Of a stretch of DNA of 64,000 bases, positions 43,786 to 56,848 are shown piece after piece. Position 1 is the stretch's first letter; every line of letters begins with the position of its first letter. Position numbers and translations under genes: made by a program. This stretch comes from an uncultured Methanosarcinaceae archaeon (GTDB taxonomy: Archaea > Halobacteriota > Methanosarcinia > Methanosarcinales > Methanosarcinaceae): contig CAVTET010000001.1 in the NCBI GenBank assembly GCA_963733675.1, positions 928,001-992,000 on the forward strand, read 5' to 3'. The notes beneath the pieces were generated by a model. That model ran no database searches. It was not told the origin of the DNA and saw nothing but the letters and a program-made list of their open reading frames with translations.

Positions 43786-46245
43786 ATGGTTGCAATGAAT
43801 AAAGGCGTAAAATATTCGGTTGCAGAAGGATCCCACAATGGTTTAAAACTTAGAATAATTACTCTTACAGCAGCTGTCTTAGTTGCTTTTTTCATACGCA
43901 TGCTATCTTATGCCTCAATTACTGCAAACGGAGGTATAACCTTCAGAGGATATGATCAATTTTATCATATGCGACGCATTCTTTATACAGCATACAATTT
44001 CCCACATACTCTTAATTTTGATTCTTATCTCAATTATCCTTACGGTTTTAAAATAGGGTGGCCACCTTTTTTTGATCTGTTAGGTGCTCTGCTTGCAAAA
44101 ATCCTGGGAGGAGGTCAGCCAGATTTGCATACTATCGAATTTGCAGGGGCATTATTACCGGTACTTCTCGGGGCATTGACTATAATTCCACTTTATCTAG
44201 CAGCTGCTACGATTTTTGACAGAAAAACAGGACTTCTTGCCGCCTTCATTTTCGCATTTATTCCAGCTCATATATATGCATCCAAGTTTGGGAACGTTAG
44301 CCATCATGTAGCAGAAACATTTCTCACAACTGTAGCATATACATTACTCATACTTGCTTTAAAATGGGTGCGAGGAAGCTCTTTTCCCCCAAGCTCTCTT
44401 AAAAATATTTATTCAGAAAAGAAACTGATGAAATCACTGGCTTTTGCAGGAGCATCAGGGATATTCTTAGCCTTGTTTATTTTTACATGGCTGGGAGCCT
44501 TGTTTTTTGTAAGTTTGATAGTTTTGTATGCAGTTATACAGACTACTATCGACCTTAAAGCTGGAAAACGATCTGATGACATCTTCATCTGCTTAATAGC
44601 AACTCTTTTTTCAACATTTTTATTTACTATTCCGCTATCAGCAGGATATGTACGCTCTGGTTTGGAAATGAGTGCGATGTATCTTTCCTGGTTTCAGGTA
44701 CTCTATGTACTTAGTATGATAGCAGTCACTACTTTTTTATGGGGCCTCTCCATATATATCTCTAAAAAAGGCATGGACTGGAAATATTATCCTAGCATTT
44801 TAATACTAGTTTTGTGTGCAAGCTTTTTGCTTCTCCGCTTTTTTTCAGCTGGAAACTATGCTTTTGTGATCGAAGGAATAAGTTTTTTCTCGGGAAAAGG
44901 TACATACTTAGGTACTATTTCCGAAGCAATTCCTTTGTTTTTAACTTCAACAGGAAACTTCACCGTTATGCAAGCATTAGAAAATTTCGGACTTTGTTTG
45001 CTTGTTTCTCTGGCAGCTTTTTTCCTGCTAGTTCTTGAGTGGAAAAGGGATGAATCAAAACCAGAAAGGGTTTTTTTCCTATTATGGACAATCTTTTCTG
45101 CATATATTACATTCTCACAAAGACGTTTTTCATATCAGCTCGCAGTAAATATTGCAATCCTTACTTCATATATACTGTGGGTTATGTTTGAATCCCTAAA
45201 CTTTGAAACTGAAGTAAAAAAGGTAATCTCTGGACTGAAAAATGGTAACAAAATCTCACTTGACTCTCAAGCCGGAAAAAAAATAAATGTAAACACAACA
45301 CCAAGAATTAAAAAAATGGATTTTTTAGAGCCAAATAATAATCAGAGACCCGATTACTTCAAAGTTTTTTTAGCATTGGCGTTGATAGGATTCGTTTTTG
45401 TACCTTGTATATTGATAGGAGCCGCTCTTGCAAAAAGTTCAGACTGGGTTGGCCCAGGTCCAGAATGGCAAAAATCGCTCATTTGGCTCCAAAATTCCAG
45501 CCCTGAGACCTCTTATTATCTTCAACCTTCCCAAATTCCAGAATATGGAGTGCTGAGCTGGTGGGATTATGGTAACTGGATAGTGTACCTCTCCAAGAGA
45601 CCTGCAATATCAAACAATTTCCAGACCGGTGTTGAAGATTCTGCATATTTTTTTATGTCTGAGTCTGAACAGGAAGCAAAGGCTATAATGGACAAACTCA
45701 AGGTAAAATATGTGATCACTGATACACCGATGTTAAATGAGAAGTTTGGAGCTATTGCTCATTTCGCAGGAAAGGACTCGAAGGATTATTTTAAACAAGT
45801 TAACCGTACTTCTGTGATTGGTAAAGAGAAACTTTTTAAGACTGAAATATTTAAGCTTCACGACCAAAATGGTGCAAATCTTGGAAATCTGCGGCTTGTA
45901 CACGAAAGCAATGTCTTTAATGTAGGCCATAACAAAAGTAATGTTGTGAAAATATTTGAATATGTTCCAGGGGCCAAGATTACAGGTATTTCAAGCCCTC
46001 ACAAACTTGTCAATGTAACACTTTATCTCAAATCAAACACAGGCAGAAAATTCAAGTATGAAAATAAAGCAATGGCAGATATGAACGGTTTATTTGAAAT
46101 AACTGTACCCTATTCTACAGAAAAAACTGACAGTGGAATCAATGCTATATCGGCTTATAACCTGAGTGCAGGAGAAAACATTACCGAATCAGTAATTTAT
46201 ATAAAAGAAAGTGACGTTCTAAATGGAAATAGGATAAAAATATGA
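43786..46245 (+). CDS. aglB: oligosaccharyltransferase AglB/STT3 family
   Basis: DQFYHMRR, TISE, QRRF, WWDYG and SNNFQ motifs; multi-TM N-terminal region. Confidence 0.92.
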   Translation: MVAMNKGVKYSVAEGSHNGLKLRIITLTAAVLVAFFIRMLSYASITANGGITFRGYDQFYHMRRILYTAYNFPHTLNFDSYLNYPYGFKIGWPPFFDLLGALLAKILGGGQPDLHTIEFAGALLPVLLGALTIIPLYLAAATIFDRKTGLLAAFIFAFIPAHIYASKFGNVSHHVAETFLTTVAYTLLILALKWVRGSSFPPSSLKNIYSEKKLMKSLAFAGASGIFLALFIFTWLGALFFVSLIVLYAVIQTTIDLKAGKRSDDIFICLIATLFSTFLFTIPLSAGYVRSGLEMSAMYLSWFQVLYVLSMIAVTTFLWGLSIYISKKGMDWKYYPSILILVLCASFLLLRFFSAGNYAFVIEGISFFSGKGTYLGTISEAIPLFLTSTGNFTVMQALENFGLCLLVSLAAFFLLVLEWKRDESKPERVFFLLWTIFSAYITFSQRRFSYQLAVNIAILTSYILWVMFESLNFETEVKKVISGLKNGNKISLDSQAGKKINVNTTPRIKKMDFLEPNNNQRPDYFKVFLALALIGFVFVPCILIGAALAKSSDWVGPGPEWQKSLIWLQNSSPETSYYLQPSQIPEYGVLSWWDYGNWIVYLSKRPAISNNFQTGVEDSAYFFMSESEQEAKAIMDKLKVKYVITDTPMLNEKFGAIAHFAGKDSKDYFKQVNRTSVIGKEKLFKTEIFKLHDQNGANLGNLRLVHESNVFNVGHNKSNVVKIFEYVPGAKITGISSPHKLVNVTLYLKSNTGRKFKYENKAMADMNGLFEITVPYSTEKTDSGINAISAYNLSAGENITESVIYIKESDVLNGNRIKI

Positions 46246-46362
46246 TCTCTAGAACTAAATAGTAATTTCCTTTGAGGATATTCAAATTAACTTTCTAGGT
46301 ATCTTTACTTTATAATTTTTCCTGGGTGGTTCTTTGTTTTGTGTGGAAGTATATAAGATATG

Positions 46363-46451
46363 GAGGATCTTGGTAAACCCTTAAATCTAGTCATATGCTT
46401 ATAAATTTGATATAAATTATTTGTGAATGTCTGAGGTTTATCGAAATGTCC
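46363..46451. mobile_element. IS5-related ~90-bp MITE
   Basis: GAGGATCTTGGTAAACCC..TAGTCATATGCTTATAAATT..GAGGTTTATCGAAATGTCC; collinear with the 28931 copy. Confidence 0.85.
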
Positions 46452-47100
46452 TTCGGTTTTAATTCCCTCATAAATTATGGAATATCTCTACTTCAATAAC
46501 ATTGAATTTTTATAGGCGGTTACAAAAAAATGGAGTTAAGATGTATGAATTAAGTTTTTTCTTGTGAACTATTGAGGATAAATAATAAACTAATCGGGAG
46601 TAAAACAAATAAAAATGGTCATTCGAAGCCAGGGGTCGTATTCAGGACTATAGCAAGTCGTAAAGTGGGTAAAGCATGGAAGAAAGAAAAGAAGGAAAAA
46701 CTTTTTCCTTGTTTGTCCTTCATTGATTGGAATTATTTTCCAGAGTAACTGATGTAGATTTTAGTGATTCAATGGGATATAAAAAGTCTCTGATCTGATG
46801 ATATATTCAGGACAATTATCATTTTAAGATATCAATTTTATTATAATTTGAAGTTTGGCTTTTGAGGATTAATGTGTACTTTTATGTAGATGCCAAAACA
46901 AAATCAAGAAATAGAAGTTCTTAAGCAAAAATGTGGCTTAAATTATACATAGACTCAAATAAATGTTATTTTGTAAATATTAGAATAAAATAAGGATAAA
47001 GTTTAAACTGGAGTCCCCATTAAGGTATCTTAATATGTTGCAATTAAAACTCAGGAGTAAAATAGAAAAGGAAATGGTAAGGAAAAAATTTTCTTTACCA

Positions 47101-48327
47101 TCAGACAGTTATAGAACTATGTAGCTTGTATTCTGTCTCACATACTTCTTTAGTATCCCTTGCAATGGTAAGTTCTTCATTGGTTGGGATAACAAGAACT
47201 CTTACTTTCGAATCTGGTGTGCTAATGTCGATTTCCTGACCTCTTATTTTGTTCTTTTCATCATCAATCTTTATACCTAGGCCTTCAAGACCGGAAAGAA
47301 TTCTCTTTCTTATAGTTGCGCTGTTTTCTCCGATACCTGCGGTAAATACCACTGCATCTGCGCCGTTGAGCACGGCTGAATACTCACCTATAAATTTTTT
47401 AATCTTGTATGCAAAGACTTCAAGGGCAAGTTCTGCTCTCTGGTTACCATTGGAAGCTGCTTCATCAAGGTCTCTGAAATCGTTGCTTATTCCAGAGATT
47501 CCGAGTACCCCGGATTTTTTATTCATAAGACTGTCAATTTCCCTGGTTGAAAGCCCTTCTTTCTCCATAACGAATGGAACGACAGCTGGGTCGATGGAAC
47601 CGCATCTGGTTCCCATTGCGACTCCCTCTAGCGGGGTAAAGCCCATGCTGGTCTCAACGGATTTTCCACCCTTTACAGCGGTAATGCTTGAACCATTCCC
47701 TAGATGGCAAGTTATAATTTTAACATCTTTTTCCGGTTTCCTGAGCATAGCAGCAGCTCTTCTGGAAACGTACATATGAGAGGTACCATGGAAACCATAT
47801 TTCCTAATTCCATGTTTCTCGTACAAATCATATGGTAGAGCATACATGTAGGCGTATGCAGGTAGCGTCATATGGAATGCAGTATCAAATACAGCTACCA
47901 TCGGTGTACCAGGCATGATCTCAGCGCAGGCGGTGATCCCCATCATGTTTGGAGGATTGTGGAGAGGAGCTAGTTCAAAGCAATCTTTGATCGCCTTTTC
48001 CACACTAGCGTCGATTAATGCAGATGATGTGAATTTCTCGCCACCGTGCACAACCCTGTGTCCGACTGCGTTTATTTCTGCCATATCTTTGATTACACCG
48101 AATTCTGAATCGGTGAGAGCTTTTACGACTTCCTCGAGGGCATGTTTGTGAGTGGGTAGATCAGTTTGCATTTCCAGCTTCTTGCCATCGAATCTTTTTT
48201 GGGTGATAATTCCATTATTGATACCTATCCTCTCACAGAGACCTACAGCAAGGGCGGATTCATTAGTCATATCAATTAGTTGATATTTTAGAGACGAGCT
48301 CCCAGCATTTATTACAAGTACCTTCAT
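47101..48327 (-). CDS. ackA: acetate kinase
   Basis: [34 protein letters not shown] and FTAGIGEN motifs. Confidence 0.98.
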   Translation of the reverse strand: MKVLVINAGSSSLKYQLIDMTNESALAVGLCERIGINNGIITQKRFDGKKLEMQTDLPTHKHALEEVVKALTDSEFGVIKDMAEINAVGHRVVHGGEKFTSSALIDASVEKAIKDCFELAPLHNPPNMMGITACAEIMPGTPMVAVFDTAFHMTLPAYAYMYALPYDLYEKHGIRKYGFHGTSHMYVSRRAAAMLRKPEKDVKIITCHLGNGSSITAVKGGKSVETSMGFTPLEGVAMGTRCGSIDPAVVPFVMEKEGLSTREIDSLMNKKSGVLGISGISNDFRDLDEAASNGNQRAELALEVFAYKIKKFIGEYSAVLNGADAVVFTAGIGENSATIRKRILSGLEGLGIKIDDEKNKIRGQEIDISTPDSKVRVLVIPTNEELTIARDTKEVCETEYKLHSSITV

Positions 48328-48430
48328 GTATACACACCAGTTCAATTCATTGCTTTTAAGTCACATTCACAGTTTTTCGGTTAAATATACTTTGTAAAAT
48401 TTATAAAGCACTTTCGTTATGCATTCTCAA

Positions 48431-49432
<1,002 letters not shown>

Positions 49433-49478
49433 TCAACCAACCTCCTATATAATTAGGCTGATTAAATTTACTGGTCTT

Positions 49479-49492
49479 GATATATAAATTTA
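49479..49492 (-). promoter_or_regulatory. putative TATA box of the pta-ackA operon
   Basis: TTTATATA on the minus strand ~50 bp upstream of the pta start; GGAGG RBS near 49441-49445. Confidence 0.5.
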
Positions 49493-49645
49493 CGTAAAAA
49501 TCTCGGAGAAATTTATCTAAAGATGACGATATATCCTGTCTGCTAACCTATTATAATTATTTGCAAACATTTATATTTAAAATTAATAAAAGAATCTCAT
49601 TTTTTTTCATGAAATTTGGTATTGTTTTATTAACAATAAACCATC

Positions 49646-49734
49646 GAAAATTTAGATAACCACAATTTTTGGCTGATTTTTTATAAAGCATAATGTAAAA
49701 AATTTGTTGAAATCTGAGGTTTATCAAAATGGTC
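49646..49734. mobile_element. IS5-related ~90-bp MITE (degenerate)
   Basis: GAAAATTTAGATAACC ... GAGGTTTATCAAAATGGTC. Confidence 0.65.
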
Positions 49735-50996
49735 TAATATAAATAACAAATTGATATAACTAAATTCTGAAAGGAATGGGACAATAAACAAGCATCGTAA
49801 ATGTTAATCCTATAAAAAAACAGTTGAAGATATCCACTTTGATGCAATAGATACTTCTGATTACTAAATGATGGATAAATGAGAAACATACTCAGTAGCA
49901 AACAGTTTAATAAAATAAGTTAATTTGAATTTGTTCAATTAATCCTAGTAAAGATGACTAAATATATTATTTCTCGGTTTGATTAGTTCGAAAAAAGGAC
50001 TTACATGCGGATTGATAAGTAACGTATATCTTTCCCAAAAACGGATTGATGATAGGATGTTTGTTTGGAGGTTAACATCCCCTTAAAATGATAGGGTTTT
50101 GAATCGTGTTGTGGATTATAAAATGCATCCCTGTATAAAAATTTAGAACTACATAAAGTGATAAAAACGGCATTAAGATACCCATATTTATAATTTAATG
50201 GCCAAGTTTATTCGAGCTTATTTTTTTCAAATTGTTGGTTGACAGTCGTGTTTTGTCATTTTAGAATGTATTGAAATTATACATTTGTAACAACTAATAA
50301 AAATTAATCGATTTTTTAGATAACTTTCTAATTAAGTTAAATTTATAATTTTCTTTTGTAATTAGGTAATTATCCCCTTCTTTAAACGGTGGAAGCCAAA
50401 CTATTTCATATAGTCCATTTTTAATTTCGAACTGTGCGATACAGCCCCTGATCACGTACAAACAAGGTTTCTATGTTCACAACTGTGTTTCTCACTCCGA
50501 TTTTTACTTTCAAAATTCACGTGGATCTATTAGTACTTATTCCTCTTCTGACCAGAATGTAAGGAGAGTAGGAAACTGGTAGAGTATGAGTATTTGGCAT
50601 CTTGGTAAAATCTCAGATTACTACTTGATAGACTACCCAACATATGAAGGAACAAACTTTAGGAGAACTATTCCTATCTAAATTATATATTTGGTGGTTA
50701 TTTAATCTAATGAATGTTTGTCGAAGTTTTATAATGATCTAATAATTAGTAAACTATATTAAAGTACATATATAACTATACTAATAAACTTAAAATGTTA
50801 AGGCTGCTGACTAAAATATTTTGGGTGGAATTGTTTTGAGTGGTCCAATTTGGCGAATAAAAGATGTGTATTTGGAACAAATTCGCCATTCGATTGGAAA
50901 AAACTAACTGGGCAGTATTTAATTAAACCAGATTGAGAAGCAGCATTAATTTAGCAAAAGTTTTGGAAGTACACTGAGGATTGTGAAGAAAATAAT

Positions 50997-51395
50997 ATGA
51001 AGGCGATTAAATATTTAATTTGTCTCTTTACTCTGTCGGTTGTGTTGAGTTCGGTTATTCTTGCAGGAGCTAATATACCACCTACACAGCGAGTAATTAA
51101 TGACAAGGGGCAAAATTGGTATTTGAAAGGTGATAAATCAGATTCCAGCGATAAATACTGGAATAATACAGTTGCATGGATAGATTATCAAAATATGCTG
51201 CACTTAATAATTGTTAAGGGCACAAACATAATTTATAGTATTGAATTGAAACCCAGTTACGTAAAAATCACATCCATGCAGGCAAATGGGAAAGTTATAG
51301 CAAACTATGAGCTTATTCCAAAATTAGTTTTATTCCCGATCAGTAGAAGTTTTAGAACTATTTTTCGTAATTGGAAACCTTGGTTGTGTTCATGA
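50997..51395 (+). CDS. hypothetical secreted protein (possibly truncated)
   Basis: Signal-peptide-like N-terminus; no family recognised. Confidence 0.5.
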   Translation: MKAIKYLICLFTLSVVLSSVILAGANIPPTQRVINDKGQNWYLKGDKSDSSDKYWNNTVAWIDYQNMLHLIIVKGTNIIYSIELKPSYVKITSMQANGKVIANYELIPKLVLFPISRSFRTIFRNWKPWLCS

Positions 51396-51752
51396 GTTAT
51401 TGAAAATCATAATTAGAAGTCAATATCCATATTTTACCAAAGATAAGAGGCCTACTCATTTTTTCTATTCGATCAATTGCTAAAGGATACTCTCTGATAT
51501 CAAATTTATCTCAGCTATGCCTTTAATTTTATAAATTACCCAAAAATTTTCACTCTCAAATATTGTTTTTCGTTCAAGCTTTTATTCCTCAATCAATTTA
51601 GAGGACCTATCTGAGCCAAGTTTATGATGTAGCCTCCCCCACCTTCCTTATTTAACCTATGCTACCAATAGTAGCTTATTTTTTTAGTGGCTACCTTTCT
51701 TGAGCTTGCTTTATAATAGAATCTCATGAGAATATAAACTGGATAAAGTGTC

Positions 51753-51841
51753 GAGGATTTCTGTAGATCTCTAATTTTCAGGAATCACATATTTACCAAT
51801 TATAAGCATATGATGAAAATTAGGAACTGATCATAATCCTC
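51753..51841. mobile_element. IS5-related ~90-bp MITE (degenerate)
   Basis: GAGGATTTC..TTATAAGCATATGA..ATAATCCTC. Confidence 0.65.
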
Positions 51842-52259
51842 TTCAACTTCTGTTGAACTTTAGTATTCTTTTCTGTCATCATGAGCAAATCAAGTTGATC
51901 AAAAAAAGTATTTTATTCGATACGATACTTTCAAGCCTCACGATAAAAATATTTGGTTTCACAAGTATCTGTTACTAGTAATGAAAAATGTAATTTCAAA
52001 GTCAAATTTTCGTGTGCTTTACGAATTGTTTCTTCTGATATAATATATTTTCACTCTATATTTTTATCGAAATTAATGATTTTCCAAAAAATTATTCATG
52101 GTGCCTTTTTTTGTTTTCACATTTAATTTGCAATTTCAAAGAATCATGGAGTTTTACAAATTAAGCTGACACAATTGTTTGCTTTGTCGGCAACTTTTGA
52201 GTTTTCACAATCTTTACACCAAAAATATTTCGGCTTTCTTAAAAATTAAGTGATAATAT

Positions 52260-52508
52260 TTTTTTTAATGTCATCTTCAGGTTTGCCTATTAAAATGGTT
52301 TTATTAAGATATAATGGACTCAAAAATGATGCAAAAATGTTTCCAGCCAATTGAAGGGATCAATTCAAGCATGTTTGTCTCCGACTTACTGAGGCGTTTT
52401 TATTCTTCTTTAAGAGCAAAGTCAATCAGAGTTTTCATGAGTAAAAATTATTATTAAGGGATTTAAAAATCCCAATGATCAAATGCATCGGAATTTATCG
52501 AAATTCTC
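52260..52508 (-). mobile_element. IS5-family fossil: left end plus transposase N-terminus
   Basis: ATG 52438: MKTLIDFALKEE*KRL / VGDK / IGWKHF / NKT..GKPE; TIR GGAATTTATCGAAATTCTC; homologous to 140-333. Confidence 0.78.
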
Positions 52509-52730
52509 TAAGATATTACATGGTCTTTTGTATGAAGTATATTTTAAAATCTCTTCCAAATAATTATATTATTAACTATTTGAAATAAACTGCTTTAAAA
52601 ATTGGAATTGACATGTTTTGATTTTGATGCAATCGATACAATGGTGATCATATATCTTTTCGTTTGTTCTGAACCAAAATATCCTCCTTCAAGATTGATT
52701 CAGATTGTGAAAAGTATCAAATCAAAAAAT

Positions 52731-52818
52731 GAGGATTTTGATGGACGCCAATTTATGGCTGGTTGCTTATGAGCCTTATATAATCAATTTGTGAAATAGG
52801 AGGTTTATCAAAATTATC
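52731..52818. mobile_element. IS5-related ~90-bp MITE
   Basis: GAGGATTTTGATGGAC ... GAGGTTTATCAAAATTATC. Confidence 0.7.
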
Positions 52819-53261
52819 AAAACTCTTTAAAAGAATGCTATGACATTAAAAAACCAGTTATTGGATGGTAAACTATGGAGTGATGCTATAACTTCCGATG
52901 TAATTGATAAAATTGTTGAAAATCAGGAAAACCATGTAGAAAAAGAAGCCTTTAGCAAGTGAATATATTCGATTTTGAGTAATTCCTCTATAGCCATAGC
53001 TGTTATGAGAACATACCCCTTGCAGCTTGGTGCCCAACCTTAACTTTGATTTATGATTTATGGAACTGGTTTTGAAACTGATGAGATTAGGAAATGGTGA
53101 GATTAGGAAAGACTTGGAATCTATTGAAACACCATTATTTATATTCGTTTGAACTATATCCATCGATCATGGATAGTAATTAGATATTTCCCTGATGTTA
53201 TGTCACTCGAAACATTTATATGTTTACCGTGATATTTTGGAGATACTCTTTGATCAACAGT

Positions 53262-53333
53262 GCCTTGGTGGCTTAGGGGTATAGCGCGTCCTTGGTAAGG
53301 ACGAGGTCGCGGGTTCAAATCCCGCCCGAGGCT
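53262..53333 (+). tRNA. tRNA-Thr(GGT)
   Basis: GCCTTGG acceptor stem, CGTCC-TT-GGT-AA-GGACG anticodon arm, GGTTCAAATCCC T arm. Confidence 0.95.
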
Positions 53334-53866
53334 TATTTCCTTAAAAGGTTCACAGCATACTTTCATTCACTGGGTATGATGATAAATTCATCTGAGCGCT
53401 ATATATGCATTTAACTTTTTTCTTCATCTTTTTCGCATTACTCAGATAGTGAAAATTTTACAACTTCGTAGAAAAGAATTCGTATCACAACTCTAATGGA
53501 GACAAGGTTTTGCTAGATTTTGTTCTATTTGGCAATCATTCCAATTCTATTTTTATATTCGACACACATTATTTGAGTCAACTGATAACTATAATTTAAA
53601 ATATTTTTCAGGTTTCTCCGAACAGCGGGAAATGAAAGATCATTTCCAATTAATTCGGTATAAACATCTGATAAATCTCTATAAGCGATATTTTTGCCTT
53701 GCATATTTTATCACTAATTCGAATAATGAGCAAATCCCCGATCATAAGGATAGGGAATTCGTGACCCTCTACTCTCCCAAAGTTACAAAAAGTCACTAAG
53801 GGGAAGCAAAATTATATTTGAAGGGCTGTAGATGCTCTCTAATTTATTTAAGAATCCGTCACTTAT

Positions 53867-54835
53867 TTACTTACTGGCAAAAATATTCCTAAGGTTATCA
53901 TTCACAAGGCTGATTGCTCTGCAAGCTGCAGGCGTACCTGCAAGTGCGTTTAACATCACGAAATCATGTATTGTTCCCAGGTATCTAACGGCTGTTACAT
54001 TGACACCGGCTTGAATCAGCTTATGAGCATACGCCTCACCCTCGTCGCGGAGGACATCACTTTCATCAGTGATTATCAGAGCTGGTGGCTGCCCCTTGAG
54101 CTGGTCAATCGAAGCATGTAGCGGTGATGCTGTTGGCTGCTTTCGTGCTCCTTCATCGGGTAAATAATTATCCCAAAACCATTTCATCGCTTCACGGGTA
54201 AGCCAGATATCGGTTGCAAATTGCTGGTAAGACTGGGTATCAAAATTAGCATCTGTCACAGGATAAAAGAGTACCTGATAGCTAATTTTCGGACCGCTCC
54301 GCTCCTTTGCTAGTAGTAAAACAGCTGCGGCCCTGTTCCCGCCTACGCTATCACCAGCCACAACTAACTTTGATGTATCCATACTGAAGTTTTTCCCATT
54401 CTCTGCAAAATATTTTGTCGCTGCATATGCCTCTTCTATAGGTTACGGGTACTTCGATTCGGGAGAAGGAGTGAAATTGACGAATACAACCACAGCCTGG
54501 GCTCCATTAGAGATTTCTCGAACCAATCGATCGTGTGTATTTTAGTCTCCAAGAACCCAGCCACCGCCATGAAAGTACATAATGACTGGCAAAATACCCT
54601 TATTTCCTTTTGGCCTGATAATTCTAATCGAAATTTGTCCTTTTGGGCCAACTGGAATATTGAGATCTTCGATGTCTACTGGGAGTTTTGCCATCTCAGT
54701 AGTAGCTTGTAAATCGTCAAGAACCTTGCGTGCATCTATCGGATTGAGTTTGTAGATTGGCATTCCACCCTGCTTGTTTATCTTTTCTACAAATGCTTTT
54801 GTTGTTGGCTCGAGTAAGTCAATGGTTACATTCAT
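53867..54835 (-). pseudogene. alpha/beta hydrolase (HSL-family esterase) pseudogene
   Basis: HGGG, GDSVGG, DVLRDEG and IHDF all in one frame, interrupted by TAA at 54542 and 54443. Confidence 0.88.
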
Positions 54836-55066
54836 GAATGATTCCTTCCAGCTTGCTTTTCAGTAAGTATAAAGGTACCTAAAAAATGTATAATATCAAT
54901 TAAAACCGGCATTCTACAGATGTACACAGATTTAGAACTCATTTGCTTGTTTGCTCACTATTATTTATTGAAAGTTGGATTAATTTTTAAGCTGCTCCAT
55001 ATTGAGAAACTAAGTGGCATTTTTTGTACATCTCTGAAAGTTGTATGAAATGTAGTAAATTATTAA

Positions 55067-55155
55067 GAGCATGTCAATAAACATCTGATTTTCACTAGTA
55101 TGGAATGTAACATTTATAAGCATCTGACAAAATTTAGATGTTTATCGAAATTCTT
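55067..55155. mobile_element. IS5-related ~90-bp MITE
   Basis: GAGCATGTCAATAAACATC ... GATGTTTATCGAAATTCTT; TTAA on both flanks. Confidence 0.75.
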
Positions 55156-55243
55156 TTAATTAAATAAATCTATAGATATTTAGTGCTATATTCTTCAGTT
55201 TGCTGTGTTTCTTTTGTAAAGAAGCTTTTTCTCAATCACCACA

Positions 55244-55542
55244 TTACTCAATTTTCACATCTACTAATTTTTCTAAAGGCTGTTGATAAGGTACTGTGAC
55301 TTTAAGTATACCATTTGAGTATTTAGCAACTGTTTTTTCCGGGTTTACTGGGCAACAGGTCAATAACTGTCCAGATACTGAACTCCCTCTTTCCTAGCAG
55401 CTACATAAAAACTGTCCTCATTAATCTTAAAAGAAATATCTTTCTTTTCGACTCCTGGAAGAACTACCTCAATTAGAAAGTTTTCGTAATTGTCGTCAGG
55501 ATATGCACAGATAACCGGTGATAATCTCAAAGTGCCTGCCAT
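55244..55542 (-). pseudogene. Hsp20/alpha-crystallin protein, frameshifted near 55360
   Basis: IEVVLPGVEKKDI, then CPVNPEKTVAKYSNGILKVTVPY..VKIE* in another frame. Confidence 0.8.
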
Positions 55543-55761
55543 TATATTACCCCAAAATATTCATATTTGATTAAAGAATCCATTAACTTTAAATTTGCTA
55601 CTTAAGCCTGCTTTTATCTCTGTTTACATTCACTCTGTGGTAGATACGAGGAGTAAATGTAACAAATCACAATATAGTCAATCATTTTAACAATTTTAAA
55701 TACCCAGGTAAAAAACCTAGAAAATACAAATTTCAATATTGTATTGTTGAACTTATTTGCC

Positions 55762-55992
55762 TTAGTTCATCATTTCCGGAACCTTTCGAATGTCAGCTAT
55801 CGCTTTCTTCTTCAGCTCGATCATCTTTTCCATATCATGGATTTTTGCTTCCAACCATTGTATTTTCATATCCATTTTCATTATTGCAACTTTCCTTTTC
55901 TGTTCTTCAGTCAGAAGTGCCCAAAACTCAGGTATTGGTTCTGCATGCATAATTGGTTGCTTTCCGGTTGATTTTTCATGATGCATATTCAA
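55762..55992 (-). CDS. small coiled-coil hypothetical protein
   Basis: 76 aa, purine-rich RBS upstream, heptad-like C-terminal half. Confidence 0.6.
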   Translation of the reverse strand: MNMHHEKSTGKQPIMHAEPIPEFWALLTEEQKRKVAIMKMDMKIQWLEAKIHDMEKMIELKKKAIADIRKVPEMMN

Positions 55993-56238
55993 CTACCCCT
56001 TTCATGTATACTCAAAAAAAATGTTATATGATTTCCTCAGATCATTGATTCAGTCTGAAAAACGAGTATATCTCACACTTTTGGGAAAATGCAGAGATAA
56101 TCTTTCGCTTATGATTTTCAACAACGTATAGAAACGACAATTTCTGTCTAATGAACTATTTAATTTTTTTAAGTAAAGTAATATGGTAAAAGAAATGTAT
56201 CGTATCTTTTTATTATTGTTTTATTATTGGTATGGTTA

Positions 56239-56314
56239 GAGGATTCCGACAAACCCAAATTTTTGGCTGGTTGTCTTTAAAGTGAATCTAAGCCAGGGAT
56301 TTATCGAAATTCTC
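56239..56314. mobile_element. IS5-related MITE (76 bp)
   Basis: GAGGATTCCGACAAACCC ... GGGATTTATCGAAATTCTC. Confidence 0.75.
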
Positions 56315-56848
56315 AACAATTATCCAATATATTCACAAATTCTACCGTTCCTCCCTCACTCTTTGACTCTTTATCTGTTCGCTTTAAGCTACAAAGTACA
56401 ATTATCTACTAAATTATTTTAAATTAATTATACAAAAAATATTTTCTGAATAAAATTTATTTTTTCATAAAATGTTTTAAAACCAACAAATAAATTCTAA
56501 TAATCATGTTTTTATTATATTCGGAGATCTTCACAAACTTAACATTAGAATTTTTCCCCTTAAAAAGAATGGTAGATTAACTTAGATCAAATTAAGACTC
56601 CATTCTAAATCACAGAAAACAAGCAATTGTAATGGAAAAGTATTTATATAGGAAAATTAGGATACAGAATAGATTCAACAGAAAATTATGCACGCTGCCT
56701 AAATTTGTCAGACTATTTTTCCTTTGAGCCCATCTTTATATATTTTATTTTTTCCATACTATTGTGGGTACATACCTTAAAATTTTTCCTTCAACGCTAG
56801 CAGTCTCCTTTCTTATAATGCATTCTTTTTTATTTTCGAGTAACTGAA

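Noticed and set aside
53154-53366. 70-aa ORF
   Set aside because: Antisense to tRNA-Thr(GGT).
53867-54835. Pyrrolysine read-through rescuing the esterase
   Set aside because: Both internal stops are TAA, not TAG.
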